In this document: piece by piece, positions 31,475 through 41,029 of the stretch
Position numbering within the stretch: position 1 is the stretch's first letter
How the letters are laid out: every line of letters starts with the position of its first letter
NCBI GenBank assembly: GCA_963664195.1
Contig: OY760907.1
Coordinates: forward strand, 1,568,001 to 1,632,000
DNA length: 64,000 nucleotides
Direction of reading: 5' to 3'
From: an uncultured candidate division Zixibacteria bacterium
Lineage (GTDB): Bacteria > Zixibacteria > MSB-5A5 > GN15 > FEB-12
The notes under the pieces: model-generated
Told to the model about the DNA's origin: nothing
Database searches by the model: none
Seen by the model: the letters and a program-made list of their open reading frames with translations, nothing else
Made by a program: the position numbers and the translations under genes

Positions 31475-32167
31475 TCAGAGATTTCCGGACAACCCGCCGA
31501 GTGTGATATTCTCCACGAGGACAGATTTTGGTCGGCTCAAGGCATATGCAACTGCCTCGGCTGTCTCTTGCGGTGGCATCATTTTGTCCTTTGGCCAGTC
31601 ACCCTCGATTGAGTCCCAGAGATTGGAGGCGGTAGCGGCGGGGTAGATGTTGATTACGCGGATGCCCTTGGGACGGAGTTCCTCCCGAACAGATTGCGTG
31701 AATCCTTCGAGTGCGAACTTGCTCATGCAGTAGCTGCTCCAACCGGGGAAGCCGGTCCTGGCGGCCACAGAGAGGATATTCACGACAGACGCGCCTTCCG
31801 GCATTGACGGTGCCAACTTTTGGGTGAGGAGAAAGGGGGCGGTGATATTGATGTCGATCGTTTCCTGCCATTCCTCGAGTGTAAGTTCACCAAGCGGCTT
31901 GACAACCGCCATGCCGGCGTTATTCGCCAGCACGTGCAACGGCTGGCTCGCCAACTCAGCTGCCAGCGAGAGGACTTCTTTCGGGTCGGCAAGATCACAT
32001 ATGAAAACCGTTGCTTTGGCACCGGCCGTTTCGACGGCTGTGAGAGTCTCGGTCAGCGCTTCTTGATCGCGTCCCAACAGCAGCAGTTCACGATCCGGAG
32101 CGGCCAGTGTAGTCGCAATCGCACGGCCGATGCCGCGGCTGGCGCCGGTGATGAGATATCTCTCCAT
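31475..32167 (-). CDS. SDR oxidoreductase, probable sepiapterin reductase
   Basis: TGASRGIG, NNAG, SVAA, YCMSKF; co-oriented with folE and PTPS; motifs recall the Chlorobium-type sepiapterin reductase (from memory). Confidence 0.75.
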   Translation of the reverse strand: MERYLITGASRGIGRAIATTLAAPDRELLLLGRDQEALTETLTAVETAGAKATVFICDLADPKEVLSLAAELASQPLHVLANNAGMAVVKPLGELTLEEWQETIDINITAPFLLTQKLAPSMPEGASVVNILSVAARTGFPGWSSYCMSKFALEGFTQSVREELRPKGIRVINIYPAATASNLWDSIEGDWPKDKMMPPQETAEAVAYALSRPKSVLVENITLGGLSGNL

Positions 32168-32181
32168 AACTGCTCGCTCCC

Positions 32182-33423
32182 TTATTCGGTCGTCGACTGG
32201 CTGTTTGTCTTGCGCCTGAGAGCGAACCGGTTGTTTGGTGTTTCCCACAGTCTCAGGCGGTGAAGCCGGTAGTCGAGTTTATTGTCCAGTTTTGGCCAGA
32301 GACAGGTCACAATGTTTTCACCGGTCGTCGGTTTGCCTGTGAAATCGTCTGTCTCCAGGCCGAGGTGTTTGTAGTTCCATGGTTTAATGGCGCTTTTGAT
32401 CGCGTCGGTCATCACTACGAAATCGTACAACGTGCCGGTGCGTTCATCGTAGGGACCGCCAACGGTGGCCTCTACCCGATACTGGTGTCCGTGACCGTTT
32501 AGATTGTTGCATTTGCCGTAGACTTCGAAGTTTTCCTTGTCGGTCAAGTGAGGGCTGTGCAGGCGATGAGCTGCGTGGAATGAATCCTCAATGCCCAGCA
32601 GCGAGCGGCCCTCGCTCAAATACTCCGAGAAGAAATTTCTCAATTCGAACAGTTTGACGCGATCAACCGGCAGGTCAGCCTGTAGCTTTCGACAGATATA
32701 GCGAGCCAGCGACTCAGTGGTAATCGGAAGGCCCCTGAGACCGGGAACGTCCGTATTGAGGTTCTTGTGATCCAACTCGGTGCGCACATCTCCGATCGCC
32801 CGATGCCAGGTCTCGTACGGTACCAGCACGCCGCTCTCGGGGTCGACATCGCCGGTAAGTGTAACTTTCATCCGGTAGTTGTGGCCGTGCCCGGAGAGTT
32901 CTGACGCGATGCCGAATAGCTGGCGGTTCTCCTCGTCGGACAAATGCGGCGAGCAGGTTCTTCTGGCGGCCGAGAACTCGTACCATAACTCGCGTTCCAC
33001 TCTTCCATCGGCGAAGGCAGTCGTGGAGCTGTCAAGCGAGTCATGGAGATGACAGGCAACCGGATTTGCCCGTTGATCATCAAACAGCGGTTTTACTTCT
33101 TCGAGCAGTCTCAGAGCCAGATTCTCGGGAGTCGGTACGATGTCGTTGTACGGCGGCGTATCCATATTGAGGAACTTGTGATCGTAACGTTCTGCCAGCA
33201 ACGCCATGACACGTTCTTTTATGAACGTGACGTTGAGCATCATACCGGTTCTCTCGTCGACCGGGCCATTGAAGATAAAATGTATGATGTAGTTGTAGCC
33301 GTGACCGTACTTGCCCTGACAGGCCGGTCCGTAGACAGTCCGATTGCGAGATTCGTCCCAGGCGGGGCGGAAGAGCCGTGCCGAGGATGAGATTTCAAAT
33401 CGTTTGCTGATAGTCAGGTACAT
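32182..33423 (-). CDS. 6-pyruvoyl-tetrahydropterin synthase with three tandem T-fold domains
   Basis: Three repeats of the PTPS pattern: GHGYNY/YDHKFLN/PTPENL; GHGHNY/LDHKNLN/TTESL; AAHRL/KCNNLNGHGH/TTGENI/WETPNN. Confidence 0.88.
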   Translation of the reverse strand: MYLTISKRFEISSSARLFRPAWDESRNRTVYGPACQGKYGHGYNYIIHFIFNGPVDERTGMMLNVTFIKERVMALLAERYDHKFLNMDTPPYNDIVPTPENLALRLLEEVKPLFDDQRANPVACHLHDSLDSSTTAFADGRVERELWYEFSAARRTCSPHLSDEENRQLFGIASELSGHGHNYRMKVTLTGDVDPESGVLVPYETWHRAIGDVRTELDHKNLNTDVPGLRGLPITTESLARYICRKLQADLPVDRVKLFELRNFFSEYLSEGRSLLGIEDSFHAAHRLHSPHLTDKENFEVYGKCNNLNGHGHQYRVEATVGGPYDERTGTLYDFVVMTDAIKSAIKPWNYKHLGLETDDFTGKPTTGENIVTCLWPKLDNKLDYRLHRLRLWETPNNRFALRRKTNSQSTTE

Positions 33424-33433
33424 GGTGCCGCTG

Positions 33434-33973
33434 CTACTTTATCAGGTCGAGGAACTCTGCGCGGGTGCTGGCATTGTTTCGGAATGCACCCAGCAAGCAT
33501 GAGGTCTTCATGACAGAATTCTGTTTCTGGACACCGCGCATCATCATGCAGAGATGTTTGGCCTCGATGACGACAGCAACTCCGGCAGCATCCAGACGAT
33601 CCATAAGCGTGTCTGCAATCTGCTTGGTGAGCCGTTCCTGAACCTGGAGTCGGCGGGCAAAGACATCAACAACTCGTGCGACCTTGGACAGGCCGATGAT
33701 ATGCTTGCGCGGCATGTAAGCGACATGGGCCTTGCCGATGAACGGCAGCAGGTGATGTTCGCACATGGAGTAAAGCTCAATGTCTTTCACAATAATCATC
33801 TCATCGGTGTCTGCAGTAAACAGCGCGTTGTTGATGACTTTGTCGACATCTTGTTCATAGCCACGGGTTAGAAAGCGCATGGCTTTGGCAGCCCGGGAAG
33901 GAGTGTCGATCAAGCCCTCGCGTTGTGGATCCTCGCCAAGAACCTCGAGCAAATTTCTGTATATCTCGTCCAT
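33434..33973 (-). CDS. folE: GTP cyclohydrolase I
   Basis: [51 protein letters not shown]. Confidence 0.96.
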   Translation of the reverse strand: MDEIYRNLLEVLGEDPQREGLIDTPSRAAKAMRFLTRGYEQDVDKVINNALFTADTDEMIIVKDIELYSMCEHHLLPFIGKAHVAYMPRKHIIGLSKVARVVDVFARRLQVQERLTKQIADTLMDRLDAAGVAVVIEAKHLCMMMRGVQKQNSVMKTSCLLGAFRNNASTRAEFLDLIK

Positions 33974-34137
33974 TGGGTATCCTTTATAACCACTTTGCGG
34001 CAAAGTGCCGGTACTATCTTCTCAGACCATAACCGAGGCTTGATCCTGGAAGTTCACAACATATACGATTGTATGGTAAACCGGTCTGCAATCGTTGGCA
34101 AGTGCAGAGTTTTTGTGGTCGTTCATTGAGAAACCGC

Positions 34138-34167
34138 TTGACATCTGACAAGCGAAAGTGGTATGAT
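34138..34167 (+). promoter_or_regulatory. Strong sigma70-like promoter with no obvious downstream CDS
   Basis: TTGACA-N18-TATGAT with extended -10 TG. Confidence 0.5.
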
Positions 34168-34716
34168 AGGTAATCATCATCGTAGGACTCTACAAATTGT
34201 CGATTCATTCACAGAGCACACAGACAGATATCAGGAGTTACTGTTTGCGCCCCGGTCGGATTATGTCCGTTCACGGGCAGTTCGGAAAACGTTGATTTTT
34301 CCTGGGGGTGAGGTACGTCTATTCTGCAGGGCAGAGGGAGGTGATCATAGACAAAATCGTTAGCAAGACCCGAGTGCACAGGGGCTGAGTCACAGAGCCT
34401 TAACCAATGCTGTACATTTGGAAATGTGTGTCGGGACGGTTTTGGGTAATGCCGCACATTAGGAGTCTGTCAAGAAATTCCTTTCCATCGGGCAGCGCAG
34501 TCGATCAGTCCTGATCGGGTGCAAGCTTTGATTGATCAATAAACCGCCCGCACGGCTGGTGTCATTCAGAAGAGAGATGATTTGGTCCAGTGACGCTTTG
34601 CAACGCATCTCGCGAGGCGGCCGCTACGACTGCCTTAGTTCGATATGTCTCCCGTGGAGCATTGCGACCTGGCAGACCATGAGGATCCTGACTCTCCTTC
34701 TGTGAAGAGTTGGTTA

Positions 34717-34760
34717 GGGACCCGGCAGTGGGGTGGTGATATACCGCTGCCGGGTTCTTT
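34717..34760 (+). terminator. Terminator-like hairpin
   Basis: GACCCGGCAGTGG...CCGCTGCCGGGTT followed by CTTT. Confidence 0.5.
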
Positions 34761-35175
34761 ATGTCGCGCGAGGCACCTCCCGCGACGCGTGGTGGCGCCG
34801 TGAATGGTCGTTTTCGGACCCGCCCGGAATACCGAAATCACCGTGACTTTGACCTGCTTGTGGCCCGGGGGAGCAGTTTTGTCCTCAAATATGCTGTTTT
34901 TGACTCCCTTTTCGGGCCGGTATCAGAGGATATCCAAGATAAATTGACATTTGGAAAGATAATTGCATCTTTTTCTAAGAAAAGCTGTTATATAGACAAC
35001 GAAATTATTGATTTGAGTTCGATCTTTTTGGAAGTTTTGTCCTAACCAACAACACACCTCTAAAGCTTAATCTCGAATTGATCGCGCAATCAAGCGCAAG
35101 AAGTCATTTGTCTTGAAGTGTCGATTCCCACGGGAATCAAGAATAACTTCGAGATGAGCAATTACGGAGTGTAGG

Positions 35176-35466
35176 ATGAATATCTACGTAGGAAACATGT
35201 CGTTTAACACGTCAGAAGACGAATTGCGCCAAGCCTTTGAGGGTTTTGGTGAAGTATCAAAAGTCGCCGTTATTACCGACAAGTTCACGGGTGACCCGAG
35301 AGGTTTCGCGTTTGTCGAAATGCCGGCCAAAGAAGAAGCTATGGCTGCCATCAGCGGTTTGAACGGCCAGGACATGAACGGTCGCGCGCTGAACGTCAAC
35401 GAAGCAAAGCCCCGCGAAGGCGGCGGCGGTGGTAACCGTGGCGGCGGCGGACGTGGCCGCTACTAG
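35176..35466 (+). CDS. RRM RNA-binding protein with Gly/Arg-rich tail
   Basis: RNP2 IYVGNM, RNP1 RGFAFVEM, LNVNEAKPRE, GGRGRY. Confidence 0.95.
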   Translation: MNIYVGNMSFNTSEDELRQAFEGFGEVSKVAVITDKFTGDPRGFAFVEMPAKEEAMAAISGLNGQDMNGRALNVNEAKPREGGGGGNRGGGGRGRY

Positions 35467-35510
35467 GCTGCCTTCTGCTGCGTCGAGATAAAAGATCTCG
35501 ATATAAGCTC

Positions 35511-35544
35511 AAAAGCGACCGGTATTTTACCGGTCGCTTTTTTT
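35511..35544. terminator. Bidirectional intrinsic terminator
   Basis: AAAAGCGACCGGTA-TTT-TACCGGTCGCTTTTTTT between convergent genes. Confidence 0.85.
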
Positions 35545-35602
35545 GTGCGTCGGAGTACTTTGCCAGCTAGCAAAAGCGCAATCGCTGCCGGATTCAAGGC
35601 CG

Positions 35603-36760
35603 TCAGTTTGCGGTCGTATCGATCGGCGCGTGAGGATAGAGCGGCTGGCGGTTCTGGAACGACAGAATCGCGGGTTTTTGAATCACGCCGGCATCGACAT
35701 TCACTGCCTGTCGAATGGTTTCATTCTGCTGCCAGCTCTCACGGTCCCCCACTACAGTCGGTAAATGGACAACGAGAGCAGCAGAAATAGACCGCGAGGC
35801 ACTTTCCCAGAGATAGCTTGGGGTATGATCCACCGCGTAGTAATCTACCGTGCCGACTTTGAACATTGGCTTCTCAAAGGTTGTGGGCTTGGCGAAGGAG
35901 AATCCCATACCTTCATCGCAACTGACATCGATGATCAGGCAGCGTGGCTTAAGACCGGATACTTCTTCATCAGTCACGAAGTCGAGGGGGTGGTCAGGAT
36001 CCTGAAAAGTCCCGTTAACAATGACATCGGATTGACTAATCAGGTCCATCAACGGTCGCTCAGAACCATCGTGCTCCACCAGAAGCATACGTGGCTCCCC
36101 CTCCTTGCCTTCCCGAATTCGGACATAGTGGCAATCAAGTACTTCCTCGCGCACTTCGTGGTCGGGACGCTGAATGCAGATGGTGATATCCCTAAACCCA
36201 CGAGCCTTGAGGGCATAAATGGCCCCACGGCTGACGGCGCCAAAACTGAAAATCGTGGTCTTGCGCTGATCTCCGTAGTGCCCGTCGATACCTTTCAACT
36301 GCAAGGCATGTAACACCGCGCAGTAGCCGGCTATCTCGTTGTTCTTATAGAAAGTATGGCGGCCGATTTGTCCGCTGGGGCTCCAGATAAACATATCCTC
36401 GAAGGCGATGAGCGTCTGCTTGCGATCGATTGCGGTCTGGGTAATATCCCGCTGTTGTACGCAGTGAGGCCAACCCCAGAGAATGCCGCCCTTGCGAAGT
36501 TCCTGCAAGTCAGAAGTTACCGGTTTTGGGATGATAACGTTCCCTATATCGGCCAATAGTTCATGTCGTGAGGCAGTGCCACCCGTCTGTGCGGCAAGCT
36601 CGGAATCTCCGATGCCGAAAGGCACTCCGTAGCCCTCTTCGAATACCAGTTGGCGGCGGATTTGTTCTGGAAGGCGTGACAGGTGCTCCGGGTGGATGGG
36701 AATACGTCGCTCATCCTCTTTCCTCGAAGTACCAATAACCCCAAATGTCGATTTGCTCAT
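35603..36760 (-). CDS. N5-(carboxyethyl)ornithine synthase-like protein (AlaDH/PNT family)
   Basis: SRKEDERRIPIHP, EEGYG, WGWPHCVQQ, KNNEIAGYCAVLHAL, IIDVSCDEGMGF, YYAVDHTPS. Confidence 0.85.
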   Translation of the reverse strand: MSKSTFGVIGTSRKEDERRIPIHPEHLSRLPEQIRRQLVFEEGYGVPFGIGDSELAAQTGGTASRHELLADIGNVIIPKPVTSDLQELRKGGILWGWPHCVQQRDITQTAIDRKQTLIAFEDMFIWSPSGQIGRHTFYKNNEIAGYCAVLHALQLKGIDGHYGDQRKTTIFSFGAVSRGAIYALKARGFRDITICIQRPDHEVREEVLDCHYVRIREGKEGEPRMLLVEHDGSERPLMDLISQSDVIVNGTFQDPDHPLDFVTDEEVSGLKPRCLIIDVSCDEGMGFSFAKPTTFEKPMFKVGTVDYYAVDHTPSYLWESASRSISAALVVHLPTVVGDRESWQQNETIRQAVNVDAGVIQKPAILSFQNRQPLYPHAPIDTTAN

Positions 36761-37020
36761 AGCGTTTCCTTTGGTTTTAGACAAATAAGGCTAGTGGCTT
36801 TGTGGAAGGATGACCAGTGGTCAGAATTGCACGCCTTCAGACAATTCAGACAGGCAGGGTAGTAATTTACTTAGTTGTATATGTTTTCGCAATCTTTAAC
36901 TCATTTATCTTTTCTTTGGAGGGAGGGGACTTGGGGGGCAGAGTCAGCCTCTTGTAGGGAAGCCTCATGTAGATACCGTCTTTGAACTTCAGACCTGCCA
37001 GGTTTTCGCCTGCCCACTAC

Positions 37021-37243
37021 GTGCTGTCAGGTGTCAACGACGCCGAGCGTCCTCACCTGACAGCTATCAGACGGATATGCTGTGAGGTCAGACGAAACGA
37101 CGCTGTGCGTCCCCGTTCTGCAGCCATTCAAGAGTCAAGAACCCTACCCACCAGGTGCTGTCAGACGACCCCGTCTGACAGCTACCACCGAGTCAAGAAC
37201 CTTACCCGCTTCGTGCTGTCGGGTGTCCCCACCTGACAGCTAC
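37021..37243. repeat. Cluster of three family-A REP-like hairpins
   Basis: GTGCTGTC...CTGACAGCTA at 37021-37066, 37155-37185 and 37213-37243; the last two are each preceded by GAGTCAAGAACC(C/T)TACCC. Confidence 0.8.
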
Positions 37244-37468
37244 CAAACATACGAGCTGAATCTGCGGACGAGTATCTCCAGGGACGTATCAGACTGAGGG
37301 ATGCTGGGAGTATGCAGGGCGCTGTCACGTGGGGACACGCGACAGCACACATAAGGGGGGGAAGCTTCCGGGTTGTGGGCGGCAGATGACAATCTGCCCC
37401 GGCCTCACGTACTAGCGGAGACCCCTCCATCCCCGGCGCATAACTATGTCCTCACGTCCATCTTCCCC

Positions 37469-37497
37469 TTGCAGAATGGATCGTCGTGTCTTATAAT
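37469..37497 (+). promoter_or_regulatory. Sigma70 promoter of the NACHT gene
   Basis: TTGCAG-N17-TATAAT. Confidence 0.6.
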
Positions 37498-37649
37498 GTG
37501 TGTGGGGAATCAAGGCACGATACAGCGTGCCGTTTGAGATTCGTTTAGGCACTACATTGAGATAGAAGACAGATCCGAGGGAAGGTCCGACCGCGTTAAC
37601 GGTCAGACGTCCGCTGGATAGCTATTCGATCGAGGAAGAGGATACGATT

Positions 37650-40600
37650 ATGGCTTCGAAGTTAGTCGAGATGTTGGGTCTTTCGGCCAAGGACCAAGAA
37701 TCTATCAAGAAGAGTTCTGGCAGGATGAAGTCGGTTGCCGAGTTCATTTCCGATACGATCAAGGCGACTGAGACGGTAGACTTTCTGAAGTCTTTGGCTG
37801 AGTCCACTCCGTGGTGGTTGCAGGCGGTGGGTGAATCTGTTGCGGAAGCTGCCCCCCCGATCAAGTTTCTCGCAACACTCATTGGCAAGTTGGGCGAAAT
37901 CAAGGATCCCGATCGACTGGCGTACTTAGCATTCACGACTGCCTATCAAAGATCACTCGAGAAGGCTCTTCAGACCGTGGGGCCGCCGACGTCATCAAAA
38001 AGCCGTCAGTCAAGATGGACTCCCAATCGTGACATTCTGACGCCGGACGAAGGGATGTCCTTCGAGACGTACTCCTTGTCTGATCCTCTGAATCACCCGT
38101 TTCTGCGACAGGCCACAGATATCCTCACCAATGGAATGGCGGCAGCAGGCTATAATGATAGCGAAGTACGCAGGATCCAAAACGAAGTGGCGATACGGTT
38201 TCCCGGCTGCCTCAAGAGCCTGATCACGCATCCGTCAACCCGAGAGAAGTACGTTGCCTTTGCCGAGTGGATGAGATACGGTAATAAGGAGGCCCGAGTT
38301 CATGCTGCGTGGTCGGACCATTGCGAGTACCAACGGTATCTATTTGAAGAACAGTGCGTATTCGGGGAGGAACCATTCTCACTGTCCGAGATTTACGTCG
38401 AGACCGAGTGTGGCGTGCTCTCGTGTGAGGAAGTCTGGAAAGAAGCGCAAAAACAGGAATGTGATTGTACGCCGGGTCGCCGACGGCTTTCCACGGAGCA
38501 CAAGAGGACAGACCCTTTCTGCGAAGAGTGCGGGGGAAGGCACGATTTGCTAGGCAGTGTGATGGAACTGATCGGTGACAAGTCTTTCCGAGATGCCATT
38601 GTAGTGCAGGGACCGGCCGGGTCGGGGAAATCCGCTTTTACGGTTCGATTGGCAATGGAACTGCTCAGGAACGGTCTGATACCAATCCGGATTAGATTCA
38701 AAGACATACCGCTTAGTTCCATGAATGTCGAGGATGCGCTGCCGGAGGCCGTACGTTTCTGGGATATTGACCAAAGACCGGACGATCTTCCGGCCGCTAA
38801 ACCAGAAGAGCTTTTCTTGGATAAGACGCTTTTTGATCAGAGGGTCGATTTCAACGGTGTTTCCATATGCCCTTACGTGCTCATTCTGGATGGCTGGGAT
38901 GAAGTCAGCGTAGCGGCTCAGAAAGGCTTCTCTGTGCGTATAGGGGAGATACTGACTCAAGTCCGCGACCGATTCCTGAATCGCGGACACCGCACTCAGG
39001 TGAGAGTCGTATTGACGGGGAGGCCGTCGGCCGCTGTTTCGGACAGTTCCTTCCTCACCAAGCAGACTCGGTTGCTGACGATCCGCCCTCTTGCGCCATC
39101 AAAACTCGAAGACTTTGTTGCTTGCTTGGCACCGCGCTTAGTTGACCCTCGGCATCGAGACAATGCCGATTTCAAGCGATTTTCTGCCATCTTGTCGCAG
39201 TACGCCGATGATTTCAAGGCGCGGACTACAGAGCAGCCTGATAGTGAACATGATTGTGGGACCATGGAGGTTCTGGGGCTCCCTCTGCTGACTCATCTAG
39301 CGGTCCGTCTAATGGTACGCTGGCCAGACTCTGACCTTGCTCCTCTCGTACAGAATCCCACAACGCTTTACCGCCAACTTACGAATCTGACTTGTGAGAA
39401 GGGTGGTCGCTACGGGAAAGAGGTGTATGATCCAGGATTCCCAGGTAAGGATCTACGAGAATTGCTTCATGAGACCGCTGTTGCCATGACAGTGTATGGC
39501 AGAGACAGTATTCCCTACGATGAGTTGGACTTACGCCTATCTCAGATGGATGAAGATCTGCTCAAGCGGGTACAACAAGTTACTGAAGCAAACCCCGTCA
39601 CTAGTCTGATGATCAACTTCTTCTTCAAGGGTGGTCGAACGGAACTTGGAGCCGAGTTTCTCCATAAATCCTTTCGGGAGTTTCTATTCGCAGAGGCTAT
39701 TGTTGAGACACTCAAGCAGTACGGTCGCACCGCGCCAGAGAAGCTCGACGAGCAGTCGAGTACTCGCTATGAGGCAGATTTCGGGGAGGGCGATCCGAGG
39801 CGGGACCTCAGCAGGCGACTGGGAAAACTCTTGGGGCCGCAATGGTTGACGAAAGAAGTGTGCCTTTTCGTTGAGGGTTTGCTTCGCTGGGAACTGGCCA
39901 GATCACACGGGGCAGAAAAGGAAAGCGCTCTCGGGGCCACTACTGAGTCTTTGCCGATTCCACAGTGGCAGCGCGTTGCAGACGGACTGGCGGATCTTTG
40001 GAACTGGTGGGGCGAGGGCGTACATCTGAGAGTACAGCCGAAGTTCTTGGGCAAGAAGATTACGGAATGGACACCTCCTCTTGTCAATGAACTTGTCCAC
40101 TGGGCGATGCCTCAGGACCAGCCAAAGGGAGAAGTCCCGGTGGCTCCGCGGACGACTACTCTAGATGGCCATCTAGGCGATGGTCTCTGTCGCCTTGCTC
40201 TGTTGGTGCATCACTATCTTGCGGTGGCACCTGGGGATGAGTCGAATTGGGAGGACTTCGATGAGGAGGCCAAAGATGTACCCAGTGTGCGACGATATCA
40301 GGCGCTCGGCAGGAGGAACGGAAAGTGGGCGGCGCGCTTTGCTCCATCAGGTCCCGATACGAGCTACTTCCGTAACTATGCTGCGCGGATCAATGCGGCT
40401 GGTTGGTGTCCCTTGTTGACATTTCCCTCCGGGCTCTTCATGGAGAGTGTTCACTTCGCCGGATGCATGCTGCACTTCTCTGGTTTTTTTCTCTGTCGTC
40501 TACGTGGAGCCAATCTGAGAGGTGCGGGACTAGCTGGAGTGTGTTTCTACGAAACCGACCTTTCGGGCGCTGACCTCTCGATGTCGATGATGGTCGGAAC

Positions 40601-40730
40601 AAGCTTCATTCGTTGCCAACTGCACGGCGCTTTTGTTGAGCATCTCGCTTTCCGCGATTGTCTCGTCAGGGATTGTAAGCCCAACGAGGTAGTCAAGTCA
40701 TTGACCAAGCCAGACCGCCTTCCCTTCTAG
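37650..40730 (+). CDS. NACHT/STAND NTPase with C-terminal pentapeptide repeats
   Basis: LSEIYVE, Walker A GPAGSGKS, Walker B LILDGWDEV, VVLTGRP, GLPLL, EFLHKSFREFL, C-terminal ANLRGAGLAG/TDLSGADLS. Confidence 0.85.
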   Translation: MASKLVEMLGLSAKDQESIKKSSGRMKSVAEFISDTIKATETVDFLKSLAESTPWWLQAVGESVAEAAPPIKFLATLIGKLGEIKDPDRLAYLAFTTAYQRSLEKALQTVGPPTSSKSRQSRWTPNRDILTPDEGMSFETYSLSDPLNHPFLRQATDILTNGMAAAGYNDSEVRRIQNEVAIRFPGCLKSLITHPSTREKYVAFAEWMRYGNKEARVHAAWSDHCEYQRYLFEEQCVFGEEPFSLSEIYVETECGVLSCEEVWKEAQKQECDCTPGRRRLSTEHKRTDPFCEECGGRHDLLGSVMELIGDKSFRDAIVVQGPAGSGKSAFTVRLAMELLRNGLIPIRIRFKDIPLSSMNVEDALPEAVRFWDIDQRPDDLPAAKPEELFLDKTLFDQRVDFNGVSICPYVLILDGWDEVSVAAQKGFSVRIGEILTQVRDRFLNRGHRTQVRVVLTGRPSAAVSDSSFLTKQTRLLTIRPLAPSKLEDFVACLAPRLVDPRHRDNADFKRFSAILSQYADDFKARTTEQPDSEHDCGTMEVLGLPLLTHLAVRLMVRWPDSDLAPLVQNPTTLYRQLTNLTCEKGGRYGKEVYDPGFPGKDLRELLHETAVAMTVYGRDSIPYDELDLRLSQMDEDLLKRVQQVTEANPVTSLMINFFFKGGRTELGAEFLHKSFREFLFAEAIVETLKQYGRTAPEKLDEQSSTRYEADFGEGDPRRDLSRRLGKLLGPQWLTKEVCLFVEGLLRWELARSHGAEKESALGATTESLPIPQWQRVADGLADLWNWWGEGVHLRVQPKFLGKKITEWTPPLVNELVHWAMPQDQPKGEVPVAPRTTTLDGHLGDGLCRLALLVHHYLAVAPGDESNWEDFDEEAKDVPSVRRYQALGRRNGKWAARFAPSGPDTSYFRNYAARINAAGWCPLLTFPSGLFMESVHFAGCMLHFSGFFLCRLRGANLRGAGLAGVCFYETDLSGADLSMSMMVGTSFIRCQLHGAFVEHLAFRDCLVRDCKPNEVVKSLTKPDRLPF

Positions 40731-40770
40731 TCTGGGGCCGGCCTGTCCGCCGGACGAAACCGCGAGCGGC

Positions 40771-40839
40771 GGGTGGCCGGGTCAAACTTGTTTGGCCCGG
40801 AATCAAGTCCCCCTCCAAGCAAGTTTGAAGGGGCCGCCC
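40771..40839. repeat. Inverted repeat pair, family D
   Basis: GGGTGGCCGGGTCAAACTTGTTTGG ... CCAAGCAAGTTTGAAGGGGCCGCCC; another copy on the minus strand at 48294-48323. Confidence 0.7.
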
Positions 40840-40887
40840 GGGGGACAATGAAATGTCCTCTTAGATTGACCCATCAAGTGGTACAGG

Positions 40888-40931
40888 CTTCGACAGGCTC
40901 ACAGACTAGTCTGTTCAGCCTGACTTGATTG
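40888..40931 (+). repeat. Hairpin repeat of about 44 bp, family C
   Basis: CTTCGACAGGCTCACAGACTAGTCTGTTCAGCCTGACTTGATTG; related copies on the minus strand at 56070-56112 and 61236-61275, partial copy at 19436-19450. Confidence 0.75.
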
Positions 40932-41029
40932 ATCGTTGCCGTTCTGTCTAGCCCCCCCCACTCAAGCTCTGCCCCTTTCCTGACGAAAATATAGAGTAAT
41001 ATCAAATTCTATCGAAGTCAGGAGATGCT

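Noticed and set aside
34528..34539. FNR-like box TTGAT..ATCAA
   Set aside because: Spacer is 2 nt rather than 4
37021..37243. Possible CRISPR array
   Set aside because: Only three units, with variable internal length and irregular spacing, a GTAG foot typical of REPs, and no cas genes
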